From Octopus sinensis (taxonomy: Eukaryota): a stretch of 64,000 nucleotides of DNA. The stretch is taken from assembly GCF_006345805.1 (NCBI RefSeq), contig NC_043006.1, positions 33,914,001 to 33,978,000 on the forward strand, written 5' to 3'. Below the pieces are notes generated by a model. It ran no database searches, was not told the origin of the DNA, and was given only the letters and a program-made list of their open reading frames with translations. The position numbers and the translations under genes are program-made. Position 1 is the stretch's first letter. The number at the start of each line of letters is the position of its first letter. Below, piece by piece: positions 1-11,989 of this stretch.

Positions 1-71
1 GGGGAGAGTAACAAGGAAGTATCTGTAATGAAGAAGAACTGTTTCAAGAGCATTTTTACACAGAAGTACAT
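1..71 (+). CDS. Candidate coding exon (5' end outside window) of an unidentified + strand gene
   Basis: Open in frame 1 (GESNKEVSVMKKNCFKSIFTQKY), other two frames closed; GTAAGT donor at 72; ends in phase 2. Confidence 0.5.
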
Positions 72-74
72 GTA

Positions 75-545
75 AGTGGAACCCGTGAATTGTAGTTGTG
101 GTCGCTACCAATGCTATGTAAATGGCACCCATGAATCATGGTTGTGGTTGTTGCCAGTGCCATATAAGTGGCACCTGTGAATCATGGTTGCTGCCAGTGC
201 CATATAAATGGCACCTGTGAATCATGGTTACTGCTCGTGCCATATAAGTGGCACCCGTGAATCATGGTCACTGCCAGTGCCATATAAATGGCACCTGTGA
301 ATCATGGTTGCAGCCAGTGCCTTGTAGATGGCACCTGTGAATTGTAGCTGTAGTAGTTGCTGGTGCCATGTAAATGGCTCCATGCTGGTGGCCCATAAAA
401 GCACCCAGCACATTCCTGGAGTGGTTAGCGCTAGGAAGAGCATCCAGCCATAGAAACTATGCCAAATCAGACAGGAACCTGGTATGGCTCTCCAGCTTAA
501 CAGTTCCAATTAAACTGTTTAACTCATACCAGCATTGCCCAAATC
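75..545 (+). mobile_element. RTE-tail-type interspersed repeat (family D) containing a 40-bp minisatellite
   Basis: Carries the AGGAAG(A/G)GCATCCAGC..AGAAAC block shared with about 10 other copies; 40-bp period seen at 153/193/233/273/313. Confidence 0.7.
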
Positions 546-599
546 ATGTCATTTCTAATATCCTGTGCAACCATGTCTGGCCTTGAGGGAATATTACCT

Positions 600-790
600 G
601 GTTTGGAAGCAGGTGAGGGTTGGCAACAGGAAGGGCATCTGGCTGTAGAAAATTTATCTCAGCTAACTCCTTCTGACCCACACAAGCATGAAAAAGTTGA
701 CATTAAAACAATAATGGTGATCATGATCATGATGACGATGATGATGATGATGGCGAGAAGGAGGCTGATGATGATGATGATGATGATGAC
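600..790 (+). mobile_element. Family D 3' end with (GAT)n tail
   Basis: GGTTGGCAACAGGAAGGGCATC...GCATGAAAAAGTTGACATTAAA followed by (GAT)n. Confidence 0.65.
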
Positions 791-864
791 ATTCATAAAT
801 GTTAGGAGCAAACTGTATGAATGAGTACTCAATGCTAATGGAGTGGATAAACAATTCTTTTCAG

Positions 865-895
865 TATAACTTATGTTAAATTTCTTGAACCTAAG
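865..895 (+). CDS. Candidate 31-nt exon (ITYVKFLEPK)
   Basis: Acceptor ttcttttcAG; AAG|GT donor with weak intronic part (GTTTCC); phase 2 to 0, which bridges exon 1-71 and exon 2447-2519. Confidence 0.35.
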
Positions 896-1849
896 GTTTC
901 CTGCTGATGGAGTCTCATCAACTATTAGGATGAAGTTTCATATTTGATTTTAATTCTAATAAAAAATTGCTGCTTTCATCAGCATGAAATCACAAATTCT
1001 TGAAATTTAAGTTTAATTCTATTAAAAGGAACACGCACACACGCACAAAGAATGATATTCATAATAATAAATACATACGTGCACACAAACTTGCAAAAAG
1101 ACACCCACATACATACATTTATTTCCTTTCTTCCACATACACACAGACACTTGCTCACATTTATATAACACATTTCTGTTGAGAATCCACCATTCAAAAC
1201 AGGTAGATAGTTACATAATAACTATTTTGTTTCTATTTTTTTTTCTTCTTCTCCTTCTTAAGAATAAGAATAATCCCAAACAGCAAAGATTTGCTGCATT
1301 CGGAATATGAAGTAGCATAAATATGGAGGAGGAGGAGGAGGAGAGGAAGAAGAGTAAGGAAGAAAGGAGGAAGGAAGAAGAGGAGGAGGAGGAAGATAAT
1401 GAAAGAGGTGGAGGAGGAGGAGGAGAAGGAGGAGGAAAGAAGAAAGAAGGAGGAGGAGGAGAAGGAAGAAGGAGGAAAGAAGAAAGAAGGAGGAGGAGGA
1501 GAAGGAAGAAGAAGAAGAAGAAGAAGAAGAAAGAAGTGATTTAAGTATGTCATAATCATGTTATAATTTGCTGGCAATCTGTAAAGTGGAAAGAATATGG
1601 AAATATTTGCAATTATCTGGTTAATCCTGATAGTTTGATGCACATTCTGTGTTAAGATCATTTCCTATTAATATCAACTGCCTCTCAGACTTTCTTGCCC
1701 TTACAATTATCATTCCATTGCCACTGGAATGTCTGTAACCTTAGGGAAAAATCTGAATTCAGTCTTCGAGTGGGGATAGTGTTTGAGTTATGGGAGGAAG
1801 GGTGATGGGGAGGAATCTTGGCCACTAAAGTAAGGAAATAACCAAACCT

Positions 1850-2150
1850 CATCATCATCATCATTTAATGCATTTTTTCCATGCTGGCATGGGTTGGACA
1901 GCTTGACTGTTGCTAGCAAGCCAGAGGGCTGCACTAGGCTCCAGTTGTATGTCTTGGTTTACGTTCTATGGCTGGATGCCTTTCCTGACACCAACCACAT
2001 TATAGAGTGAACTGGGTGCTTTCTGCTTGCTACCGGCAGAGATGCTTTTGATATGGCACAGGCACAAGTGCTCTTTAAGTGGCACTGGCACAAGTGCTGT
2101 ATACATGGTGCCAGCATGGGTGCTTTTTACATGGCACCGGCATGGGAAAA
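1850..2150 (-). mobile_element. Family D repeat; further copies at about 10080-10470(-), 22245-22850(-, split by SINE-A), 23585-23900(-), 24540-24860(-), 34750-34940(-), 39620-39915(+), 44185-44300(-)
   Basis: Shared (CAT)n-TTTAACGTC..TTTCCATGCTGGCATGGGTTGGA..GGATGCCCTTCCTAACGCCAACC motif in each copy. Confidence 0.75.
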
Positions 2151-2446
2151 AACTTGTTGTGAATTATTTCTGCACTTATTGTTTGGTTAAACAGAATTAA
2201 AATAAATATAAAAATAGTAAGGCAAAAAAAAAAGAGAAAAAAAATGGTAATTTTTTTTTTTTCTTTTAGAAATTCAATTTGTAATACATTGAGAAAAATC
2301 AAATTCAATCACAGAATGGGAATTAATTCGGTTCTGACAGAATAACACAATAGTCTTTGTTGGTTCCAAAACTCAGAATTGCTAAATTATTTTCTACGTA
2401 TTCTAGGATATTGCTGTATCATTGGGAATCATGTTTTTTCCCCCAG

Positions 2447-2519
2447 ACAGAATTAAGTTTCTGTTTCTATAAAAATCGATCTTGTGCATTTGATGAGAAT
2501 GAGAATCTGGAAGAAACTG
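2447..2519 (+). CDS. Candidate exon (TELSFCFYKNRSCAFDENENLEET)
   Basis: Acceptor ttttttcccccAG, donor GTAATG at 2520, phase 0 to 1. An alternative acceptor at 2406 also keeps this frame open. Confidence 0.45.
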
Positions 2520-2980
2520 GTAATGGCTAAGTTCCATTGTTTAGGTTCAACAATTCAACCAGACTTTCTAAAAAAAAAAAAAAACTACCGAAAAAAGAAA
2601 ACACGCAAACAAATGAAAACAAAGAGGAATTATTATGAATTATATTTATTTTTATCGGCTTTTCAGATGTATCGCATTGTTTTTAACTTGCAGTTTGTAT
2701 TTCATTTCACAAAAATGACACTTTTTGTTTTAAATCTGTTACACTTATGGTAATAATGAAAGTAAACAACAACAGCAGTAACAACAAAAAAGAATAAAAG
2801 AAAAAAATCTTGACCATCGGAAAAAAGAGTGTAGCATGAAATTCCAAAATTCCTCTTAGATTTGAGCTATTGACACTAAGCTCCACAACAGCCTTATTTG
2901 AGCAGAGCTAATCACAAAGACATTACAACCATGACCATCCAATATTAAGACTAAATAATTCTTTTTAATTATTTTTAATT

Positions 2981-3207
2981 CTTTTCTACTTTAGGCACAA
3001 GGTCTGAAATTTTGGGGGAGTGGGGGCCAATCGATTAGATCAACCCCAATACGCAACTGGTACTTAATTTATTGACCCCGAAAGGATGAAATGCAAAGTT
3101 GACCTTGGCGGAATTTGAACTCAGAATGTAAAGACAGATGAAATACCGCCAGGAGTGCCACCAAGCATTTTGTCTGACACACTAATGATTCCACCACTTT
3201 GCCACCC
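2981..3207 (-). mobile_element. SINE family A; other copies at about 27455-27666(+), 37428-37640(+), 40962-41150(-), partials at 22150-22250 and 41300-41410
   Basis: Shared GGCGAGCTGGCAGAA...GAGTTCAAATTCCGCC (B-box-like)...CCTTTCGGGGTCGATAAATTAAGTACCAG...GGCCTTGTGCC..AGTAGAAAAG. Confidence 0.8.
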
Positions 3208-5134
3208 TGAATAATGATGTCTTTTACTGACCATTAAACCTTCCGTTACTGAAGACCAAGGGAAAAGAAGTACGGGGGGGGGGGCAAGAAGTACAATTAA
3301 CAACAGCTATAAATAGAAATAAAATGAAAATAAGGAAAACTACCCTCTAGCAGTAAGGGTGGGGGAAACCACTCAGGGTAATTGAGAGTAAACCTCACAC
3401 AAAGTTCTGAAGTCCTCTAGTCTTTCTCAAAAGTGCCCTGACCCAGCTTCTTGTCTCCTGTTTACAATCACGTAAATCAGAATAGATCCAGTTAGCATTG
3501 TTTATCTCCCCATTCTTTCTCCGTCTTCCATAAAACACACTGGAGGGCAACACCTGTCTCTAAACCCCGCGCCTTCTTCATAAATAATAACAATAACGAA
3601 GGAAATAAGATTTTGATGCAAAGATGAATGTTGGGGGTGGGGGGTGGGGGAGGAGAAGAAAAACAAGAATTGTTGTTTAGATTGGAATCAGAGTCTGGCA
3701 GTGGAAATGGGCGGAGCAAAATGAAAATTATCAATTCTGTGGCATTAAAGATTTGCTGATTGTCTACTTTGAATGAGATGGTAACAAGAGAGAAGCAGTA
3801 GTATTTTCACTATCCTCCTCCTCCTCCTCCTCGTCATCATCATTTGTTGCACCTTTCATCATTATCAAGCTCCAGTACAAACATCATTATCATCACAAGT
3901 TATGATCATCAGCTATTTTTAGTCATTATCATCATATCGTCATCATCAACATCACCATCATCAATATCACCATCATCATCACCATCACGATCATCATCAT
4001 CATCATCATCATCATCATCGCCGTCATCATCCCCACAAACATCTTCACTCTCACCACAAATCTTCATTGACACAAACAATCGTTATCGATTCATTGACAA
4101 GATTTAAAGTCCTCCTCTTCCTCCTCCTCACCCCCACCCATTACCACCACCACCACCACCACCATTGCTCTCATCAATGCAATGTCTTGTTATGATCCAC
4201 TCAGTTCCATGCTTCTGCCTGTGATTTAAGGCATTAAGCGTGTGTTAGACATTTCCAAGAGAGTTTAGAGTTTGCTGTTGTTCTTATTTAACCCAGATTA
4301 GACCAGGCAGAAACCTGTGATCACAGGCATTTCATCCATGACCATCTCATCTTATTTGCTGAATCAACGTATCTTAGACAATGCTGTGTCCTTTTTTTTT
4401 TTTATAATGGTAGACTGGCATTTATGGGAGATTTGGCTGCTAATTCTAGCATGTTGAATGACCACTGGCTTGACAGTTTGTTGAACTGAGTGAATAAGGG
4501 GTTGGACTACCTTGGAGTGAGTTCTGGTGTCAAGTGGTAAGCTCTTATTTGTGGCCCAAACATCATCAATAAACACTTGGACATTACAGTCTCAAGTCCT
4601 AGCACTCATGGGTTACAGTCAATTGCAGCCAGTTAAATTCAGCACCCATATCAGGTAGGGTCCATCATGCCCTCAATAGTAGGGGTCACTGGCAAGAATA
4701 TTGGTGACTAGAGCTGATGTATGTTTTTTTGTTGTTGTATATTTCCAAGTCAATCCTGATTGCACAAACATGCGATCAAAGATGTTCCAGATATGATTGT
4801 TCTGTCTCCTTTTCTTCAGGCATAATGTATCTAGATGGATAGCTTAGTGGTTAGGGTATTCAATTCACAGTCATAAGGCTGTGAGTTCAATTCCTGGCAG
4901 CACATTGTAGCTTTGAGCAAGATACTTTATTTCACTTTGCTTCAATCCATTCAGCTGGCAAAAATGAGTTGTACCTGTATTTCAAAAAAGGGCCAACCAT
5001 GTTACATTCTGTGTCACGCTGAATCTCCCTGAGAACTACATTAAGGGTATGCATGTCTGAGGAGCACTCAGCCACTTTCACATTAATTTCATGAACAGGT
5101 TGTTCCATTGATCAGATCGAATGGAATACTTGTT

Positions 5135-5275
5135 TACATTATTTACATTTGACAGGTATTTGTCCTCATCTTGTTTGTTGTTAACACAATGTTTCGGCTG
5201 ATATACCTTCTAGCCTTCATCAGGTGTCTTGGGGAAATTTCGAACCTGGGTTCTCATTCCTAAGATATTTTTTTA

Positions 5276-5316
<41 letters not shown>

Positions 5317-5386
5317 TCACTTCTGGGAATTAAACTCAAAATCTTGGGGTTAGTAGCCGCACTCTTAAACACTGTGCCATATGCCC
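5135..5386 (-). mobile_element. tRNA-headed SINE family G with hammerhead-like tail, copy 1
   Basis: tRNA-like head, (AAT)n, then CTGATGA...GAAAC motif; flanked by the 14-bp direct repeat ATGGAATACTTGTT at 5121-5134 and 5387-5400. Confidence 0.8.
5183..5228 (-). ncRNA. Minimal type I hammerhead ribozyme-like motif (degenerate)
   Basis: gacac-CTGATGA-a-ggct..agcc-GAAA-CATT-gtgtt; stems I and II pair, stem III has lost its G by a CG to CA change. Confidence 0.45.
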
Positions 5387-5974
5387 ATGGAATACTTGTT
5401 GTCATAACCAATGGAGATCATGAAATATATTTTTCAATGCATTTTTCGAATTTTTTAAAATCCATAGATCGATTTTAAGGAGATTTGGTTATTTAATTTG
5501 ACCTTTACATGTATCTCCATTGGCGTGTAATTTGAGGGAGATTCATCCGCCATTCCTAGCATGTAAAGCAATCCTTATAAAGATTTGAGGGTGATTTGGG
5601 AGCTATTTGTAGCATGTCATGTAACATACTAGAAATAGCAGGCTGTCTCATCTTGGCAACTATAATAGTTATTGCTGGTTTTTATAAATAATACTAAAGG
5701 CAATAGTAATTATAGATTTCTATAATAGTTACGATTAGTAGCCTAATATATTTATTTATGGCTATAAATATGTTTGCGGTGCATTGCTTCAGATGGATGC
5801 AGAACAATTTGCCATTTGTTTCCATTCTTTAGCATTCTGGTTTGTATTGGCTCAACTATTTCTTCTATTTAAATAACAGAAGAGGAAACGGGACGTTACT
5901 GGTCGGATTTAGCCATTTGTATCAAACTTATTTCCATCAATTATCTCCACCTGCTAATCCAGCTTAATCATTCC

Positions 5975-6319
5975 TCATCTTTCATCATCATCATCATTAA
6001 TATTGCCATCCTCATCCACACCATCATTTACCTCCTCCTCATCATTATCATCATCATCATCACCCTTATCACCATCATCATTAATATTGCCATCCTCCTC
6101 TGCTTCCTCCTCCTCATCATCATCATCACCCTTATCACCATCATCATTAATATTACCATCCTCATCCACATCATCATCTACCTCCTCCTCCTCCTCCTCC
6201 TCATCATCATCATCATCATCATCACCATCAAAAGAATCTTCAGTAGCAGAATTATCATCATCATCATTCTCATGCTTTTGAGTCTCCATTTTGATTAAAT
6301 ACTACTATTGCTGCTGCTG

Positions 6320-6382
<63 letters not shown>

Positions 6383-6412
6383 TCAGTGTTGCTGCTTTCT
6401 CCCACCTCTCCT

Positions 6413-6453
<41 letters not shown>

Positions 6454-7250
6454 TTTACCCTCCCCACCACCCAATAATATCCATTAGTGAAATTAATATC
6501 ATCGTATTACCCTAAATACCAGCCCCTTTTTGTATATTGTATCCCATTATCTTATGTTATCATCTCTATTCCTCACAGTTAATCCCTTCATCATCACTAC
6601 CACCACCATCATTACAATCCTCTACTTCATCCATCTCATCACCACCCACCACCACCACCACCACTGTCGCCATCACTGCCATCCTCATCATCACCATCAT
6701 TACCACAATCATCATCATCATTGTTGTCATCATCACCGCCCTCATCATCATCGTCATCATTAACACCACCACTACCACTATCAACAACACTATCCCATCA
6801 TCAATCTTAAACTTTTATGCCTCACACATATCAACCACAAATCTGTCATTAACAGTCTCTTTTCCTGTCTGCACTATCATTTTCTGTCATCATCATCATC
6901 ACCATCATCTTTTCACACTTATCTTACTCCATCATCATTGTCATTATCACCACCACCACCACCACCACCATCATCATCATCGTCTTCATCATCATCATCA
7001 TCTTCATCATCATCATCAACATTGTCGTCATCATCATCATCATCATTCATCATCATTAACATCATCATCATCATCATCCTCATCATCATCATCTGCATCA
7101 TCATCATCATCATCATCACCGTGACGACCACCACCGTCACCACCATCATCATCGTCTTCGTTGTTGTGATTGTCATCATCATTCTTTCAACCCACATCCT
7201 CATCATCACTTGCTACTCACCTTCTTCTTCTTCCATGTTCACTTCCAAAC
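5975..7250. repeat. Compound trinucleotide microsatellite block ((CAT)n, (TAC)n, (CAC)n)
   Basis: Direct inspection; similar blocks at 14880-15860, 18740-19240, 41760-42000. Confidence 0.9.
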
Positions 7251-7484
7251 GTAAATAATTAAATAAACGGAACAAACCAAAATAATACAAAACCGAAAAC
7301 ACGATAAAGGTCAAAATCCTTGCTGAAAAGTTCAATGACGGAGGAACCGAATGAACTCTCATGGCTGTGCTGGACAAAATAGAGATATTTTGGCAAGAAA
7401 ACAGACCAGGTCCAAATATAGAGGTAACTTGGAGTATCTGTGCCAATTGTGTGACATCTTGATTGAAATCTTAAATCTCTTCAG

Positions 7485-7529
7485 ATGCTAAGCAGATTGC
7501 TCAAATCCTACAAATATACCTCACAAAGA
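7485..7529 (+). CDS. Candidate 45-nt exon (AKQIAQILQIYLTK)
   Basis: Acceptor aatctcttcAG, donor GTAATT at 7530, phase 1 to 1; compatible with the preceding exon. Confidence 0.4.
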
Positions 7530-8062
7530 GTAATTACCTCTGTACCATCTCTCTCTCTCTCTCCCTCTCCCCCTCTCTCTCTTTTTCTTTCTCTCTGTAC
7601 AGCTATCCATGTAATCATATACATGTGTGTATGTGTGAAGGTGTCTGGCCTAGTGGTTAAGTGTGTTGGACTCATGAGTGCAGGATTGTGGTTTCAATTC
7701 CCAGACTGGCTGCACATTGTGTTCTTGAGCAAAATGCCTGTTTCACATTGTTCCAGTTCAATCAGCTGTAAAGGAGTCACCCTGCAACGGAATGGCCTTC
7801 TGATTAGGGGCAATGTCGGCCTGCTCCCCTAACCATCAGGGTGGCATCACTTGAAAGCTAAAACAAAGCAAAGTGCATTGTGAGCAGTGATATATAACAA
7901 CATCCAATAGTCTGGTCGATACTGGAGGCAAAGTGGCTGAGCTCCTTTTGAGTGTTGGGCCTCACGGAGGCAATGACCAAGACCTTTGCCATTATGTATA
8001 TATACACGCACACACATGTATGTATATGCACGTCTGTATATATGCATGTATGTATATATATG

Positions 8063-8122
<60 letters not shown>

Positions 8123-8132
8123 CATACATACA

Positions 8133-8167
<35 letters not shown>

Positions 8168-8191
8168 GTATGTATATATGTTTGTGTATAT

Positions 8192-8214
<23 letters not shown>

Positions 8215-8225
<11 letters not shown>

Positions 8226-8500
8226 GTATATAAAATAAATTAATAAATAAAACATATGCATATATACATACATATATATATGTACGTACCTATCTCTACA
8301 TGTATATATACATACATATATGGGTACAGGACACCAAAAAACGTCGAACACAATGAGAAACGAAAACATAAACACAAAACCAAGGAACTGGACATTTTTC
8401 TTAAACAACGAAAAAATAGAGTACAGGACAAATAACACAAGGAAAATTCCCCTTCTTCAGTCGCCATGGTTTCATCTACTCTGCGTTTCGAAGGTGGTGT
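8215..8500 (-). mobile_element. Interspersed repeat family F (possibly Penelope-associated); copies at about 30890-31210(+), 33715-34070(+), 54040-54170(-), 54350-54420(+)
   Basis: Shared GTACAGGACACCAAAAAACGTCGAACACAATGAGAAACGAAAACAT block and CTGA(A/T)GAAG motif. Confidence 0.7.
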
Positions 8501-8816
8501 ATATATACATATATCTGTATGTTATATATATATATATCTTTTATCTTTTACTTGTTTCAGACACTGGACTGTGGCCATGCTGTGGCACCAACCTGAAGAG
8601 TTTAGTTGACCAAATCAACCCCAGTTGATTATTAACTTTAATACTTATTCTGTTGGTCTCTTCTGCCAAACTGCTAGGTTATGGGGATGGGATGTAATGA
8701 AAAGTAACATTTGTTGTCAAATGCTTGTGTAATTGACTTCCCCTCCCCACAAATTCGAAAGGGAGAGAGACTGACAGATGGAAGTGATGAATATAAGAAA
8801 AACAAAAACTCTGTGT

Positions 8817-8875
<59 letters not shown>

Positions 8876-9644
8876 GTGTATGTATGTTTGAATAAGATGT
8901 CAATACAGGGTGCAACAGATGGTGGGTAGTTTGTATAGATGTGTGATTTGTGTGATTATAAAGGAGAAAAAAGGGAGAGAAAATAGGTAGACAATAAAAG
9001 AGAGAGAGAGGGGGGAGAGAAGGGAGAGAGAGAGAAAGAGAAAGAGAGAAGTGGGGAAGAGAATGTAAAAGAAAGATAGAAAGATGAAAACGGAAAGTAT
9101 GTGAGACTAAATATAGCTTTTTAAATTTATTTATAGAATTAAAGTTGGAAGAAAGTTAGTAACAAGTCTTCTGACACATTTTGGCAGGAAACAGTAATTG
9201 CTCCCTATCGTAGAGACAACTATAGAACTTTTTGCTGTTTCTTATTTGACCGGAACCTGTCTATTATATCTTAAGTGTTAGAAAAACTTGATTCAAGTAA
9301 ATTAGCTGCTTTTTTTGTTTGCAACCATTTCTTGTCTCTTTTATATTTTCTTCTCTCTTTTGTAGTTTTTTTTCTTCTTGTGTGTGCTTTTGTATTTTTC
9401 TTTTTTTTAATCCTTTTTCTTCCTCAAACACTCCTCTTTATTTTTTCTTGACATCTCAAAAGGGAAAGGCAAAAGATGACAAGGCTAAAGCAAACAAAAT
9501 GAAAGTAAAGGAAGGAAAACAGTTCTAGAAAAGGTTTGGTGATTAAAGAATTCAAAGACACCATCTGCTTGAGTAACAATGGTCAAAAAAAAATCTAGTG
9601 TTAACATAGTGCATGCCATTTGGGGCATGTTTCTTTTATTGTAG

Positions 9645-9660
9645 CGCTGGACAACGGACA
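9645..9660 (+). CDS. Candidate 16-nt microexon (LDNG)
   Basis: Acceptor tttcttttattgtAG, donor GTGAGT at 9661; length converts phase 1 to phase 2 as needed between its neighbours. Confidence 0.45.
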
Positions 9661-9804
9661 GTGAGTAGATTTGGTTGTCAGAAACTGGAAGAAGCCCTTT
9701 GGGTGCATGTGTTTGTGTCTGCATGTGTGTACACATAGATATGTACATACATACATATGTACATACATACATACATACATACATAAACACACACAAACAC
9801 ACAT

Positions 9805-9841
<37 letters not shown>

Positions 9842-10680
9842 GACACACGCATGATGGATCTTCATACAGTTTCCATCAACCAAATTCACCCTCAAGGCAT
9901 TGCTAGGCCTGGGGCTGTAGTAGAAGCCACTTGCCCAAGCACTGAACATGGAGTCACAGTTCAGTCCATACTTGGTGCAATATTTTTCATGCCTGGGTGT
10001 TTTTGTTACTCATGGCATCAACTCATATATGACATCATTTGTGTATTTGAGTTTTCTTACTTGGTTCTTCATATTTTTCGTCATCATCATCATCGTCGTC
10101 GGTTAACGTCCACTTTCCATGCTGGCATGGGTGGGATAGTTTGACTGAGGACTGGTGAGCCAGAGGCTGCACCAGGCTCAATCTGCTCTGGCAAAGTTTC
10201 TACAGCTGGGTGCCCTTCCTAACGCCAACCCCTATGAGAGTGTAGTGGGTGCTTTTACATATCACAGGCATGAGGGCCAGTCAGGCAATGACCATACTCA
10301 AAAGGTGCTTTTTATGTGCTACCTGCATGAGAGCCTGTCTGGCAGCACTGGCAATAGCCACGCTCAAATGTTGTTTATCACGTGCCACTGGCACATGTGC
10401 CAGTAAGGCGATGCTGGCAGCAATCACGCTCGAATGGTGCTTTTGACATACCACTGGCACTGGAGCCTTTAGATTATGTAAATTTTTACTGGTTGAAGCT
10501 CATCATAACTGAATCTTTTCTAAACTGTCTCACTTCATAAAATGCTTCATTTAGTGTAATCTGTTTGTCTAGGGTTATGTTATGGTGATGAATTCAAACA
10601 AGGATGAAATACAGTGCTATCTAAGACAAAAGTAATTAAGATTTTGTAATGAGTAGAAAAAATATTCAATATCTGTATTC

Positions 10681-11141
10681 TTAACTCTCTAGCATTATTC
10701 TTATTACTCAGTAAAGTATTATGTTTTTTCACGTTGTTTTGAATTAATCATGCATTATCTAGTAATTTCAAGATTTTCATAATGTGATTGCTTATTTTTG
10801 GAAGGACATTGTCGGGTAGGTGTGAGAGGCCAGGTCTAACTGGTTTGAACATAAAACAGGGAAAATATTTTGGCAGGATATGACTAGTTTAAGGCGGCGA
10901 GCTGGCAGAAGCGTTAACACACTGGGTGAAATGCTTAGCAGTATTTCGTCTGTCTTTACGTTCTGAGTTCAAATTCCACCATGGTCAACTTTGTCTTTCA
11001 GCCTTTCAGGGTCGATAAATTAAGTACCAGTTGCATACTAGGTTAAATCTAATTGACTGGCCCCTCCCCTACCAAAAATTATTCCGGGCCTTGTGCCTAG
11101 AGTAGAAAAAGACATGATTAGTTTGAATAGAAAAGAGTTAA
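10681..11141. mobile_element. piggyBac-like MITE family E, interrupted by SINE-A (10893-11113)
   Basis: TTAACTCTCTAGCATT start, AAAAGAGTTAA end; body matches 35444-35672; the SINE is flanked by ATGA(C/T)TAGTTT repeats (10880-10890, 11114-11124). Confidence 0.65.
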
Positions 11142-11482
11142 TCCAGAAGTGATTATCTCCTTTACAATAATTATCTCTCTGGGAACAAACCACTTCTTCA
11201 ATGTTTCTTTAAAATCCTTGACAAAGCAGGCCAATGTCTGGCTATAACTCACCAACAAGATCCAGTGAGTCTGTAACATATCTGTGGCTGTTTCTTTGCC
11301 AGCTAACGAAGATCAGATTTTTCTCTAAGCATATGAATATTAATTTTCTGATGATATTCTTAATTTCTTGAAATCACACCACCTTAACTGTCTTTTATTT
11401 TATTTTTATATTTTTCTTGAGAGTTACTAACAATTATAGCTAAGTGATTTTCTGTTTTTGTCTTTTTTTTTTCTTTTGGCAG

Positions 11483-11581
11483 TTCAGCTGAGAAATTTGA
11501 GCATGTGTCATTTAGTACATCACCTCTGACTTCATTGGCAGCTGTGGTGTTAGAAAAAAGTGACGTTAATGATTTTATTAT
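11483..11581 (+). CDS. Candidate 99-nt exon (SAEKFEHVSFSTSPLTSLAAVVLEKSDVNDFI)
   Basis: Long T-rich tract plus AG, GTAAGT donor at 11582, only one open frame, phase 2 to 2. Confidence 0.6.
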
Positions 11582-11953
11582 GTAAGTGCTAGTTGAGGGG
11601 TTTTAAACATCTCTCATTATTCATATCATGTTCAGTTTAAAGTTGTAAGCTACTTACTGAACATAAAGGTAATTCCTGGTTGAATATGTATACATGTGTG
11701 TGTGTGTGTGCATGGACAAATTTCTTCAATAAATATTAAAGAACTAGCACTGAGATTAATTTGGCCACATCTCTCTGTAGGAGTGAGCTGGGGGTGTCTT
11801 AAAATATGAATAAAAATCTTTCACACGGTAATGTTTCTCGAAGTTTAACATGACCTATGCTTAGGGTGGCCATTACCAAATTTCCTTCCAAAAGTACATC
11901 ATTGTGTATAGGGTCATCATCACTACCATTGTCATCGTCATCAGAATCTTGGG

Positions 11954-11987
<34 letters not shown>

Positions 11988-11989
<2 letters not shown>

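Larger units (their letters stand above)
4835..5415 (+). mobile_element. tRNA-derived SINE family C (interrupted by family G at 5135-5386); other copies about 7645-7900(+, variant), 29150-29350(-), 34945-35260(+), 63257-63555(+)
   Basis: A-box GCTTAGTGG and B-box GAGTTCRATTCC, then shared CAGCTGGCAAAAATGAGT...CTCCCTGAGAACTAC body. Confidence 0.8.

Noticed and set aside
75-380. CRISPR-like appearance of the palindromic 40-bp repeats
   Set aside because: Units are contiguous with no unique spacers, the context is eukaryotic and there are no cas genes.
5975-7258. Long poly-D/E, poly-H, poly-S, poly-I ORFs here and throughout, including all (CA)n/(TA)n-derived HT/VC/YI ORFs
   Set aside because: They are translations of microsatellites that lack stop codons; no splice or homology support.
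7213-7446. - strand ORF in a locally CpG-containing segment
   Set aside because: No recognisable motif, no matching splice pair, and it runs into a microsatellite.
2407-11581. Resemblance of the exon-chain peptide to C9orf72 (PQTELSF, PKTE, TL.NG)
   Set aside because: Only short scattered matches recalled from memory, not colinear, and the conserved YWDNILGP motif is missing; no gene symbol assigned.
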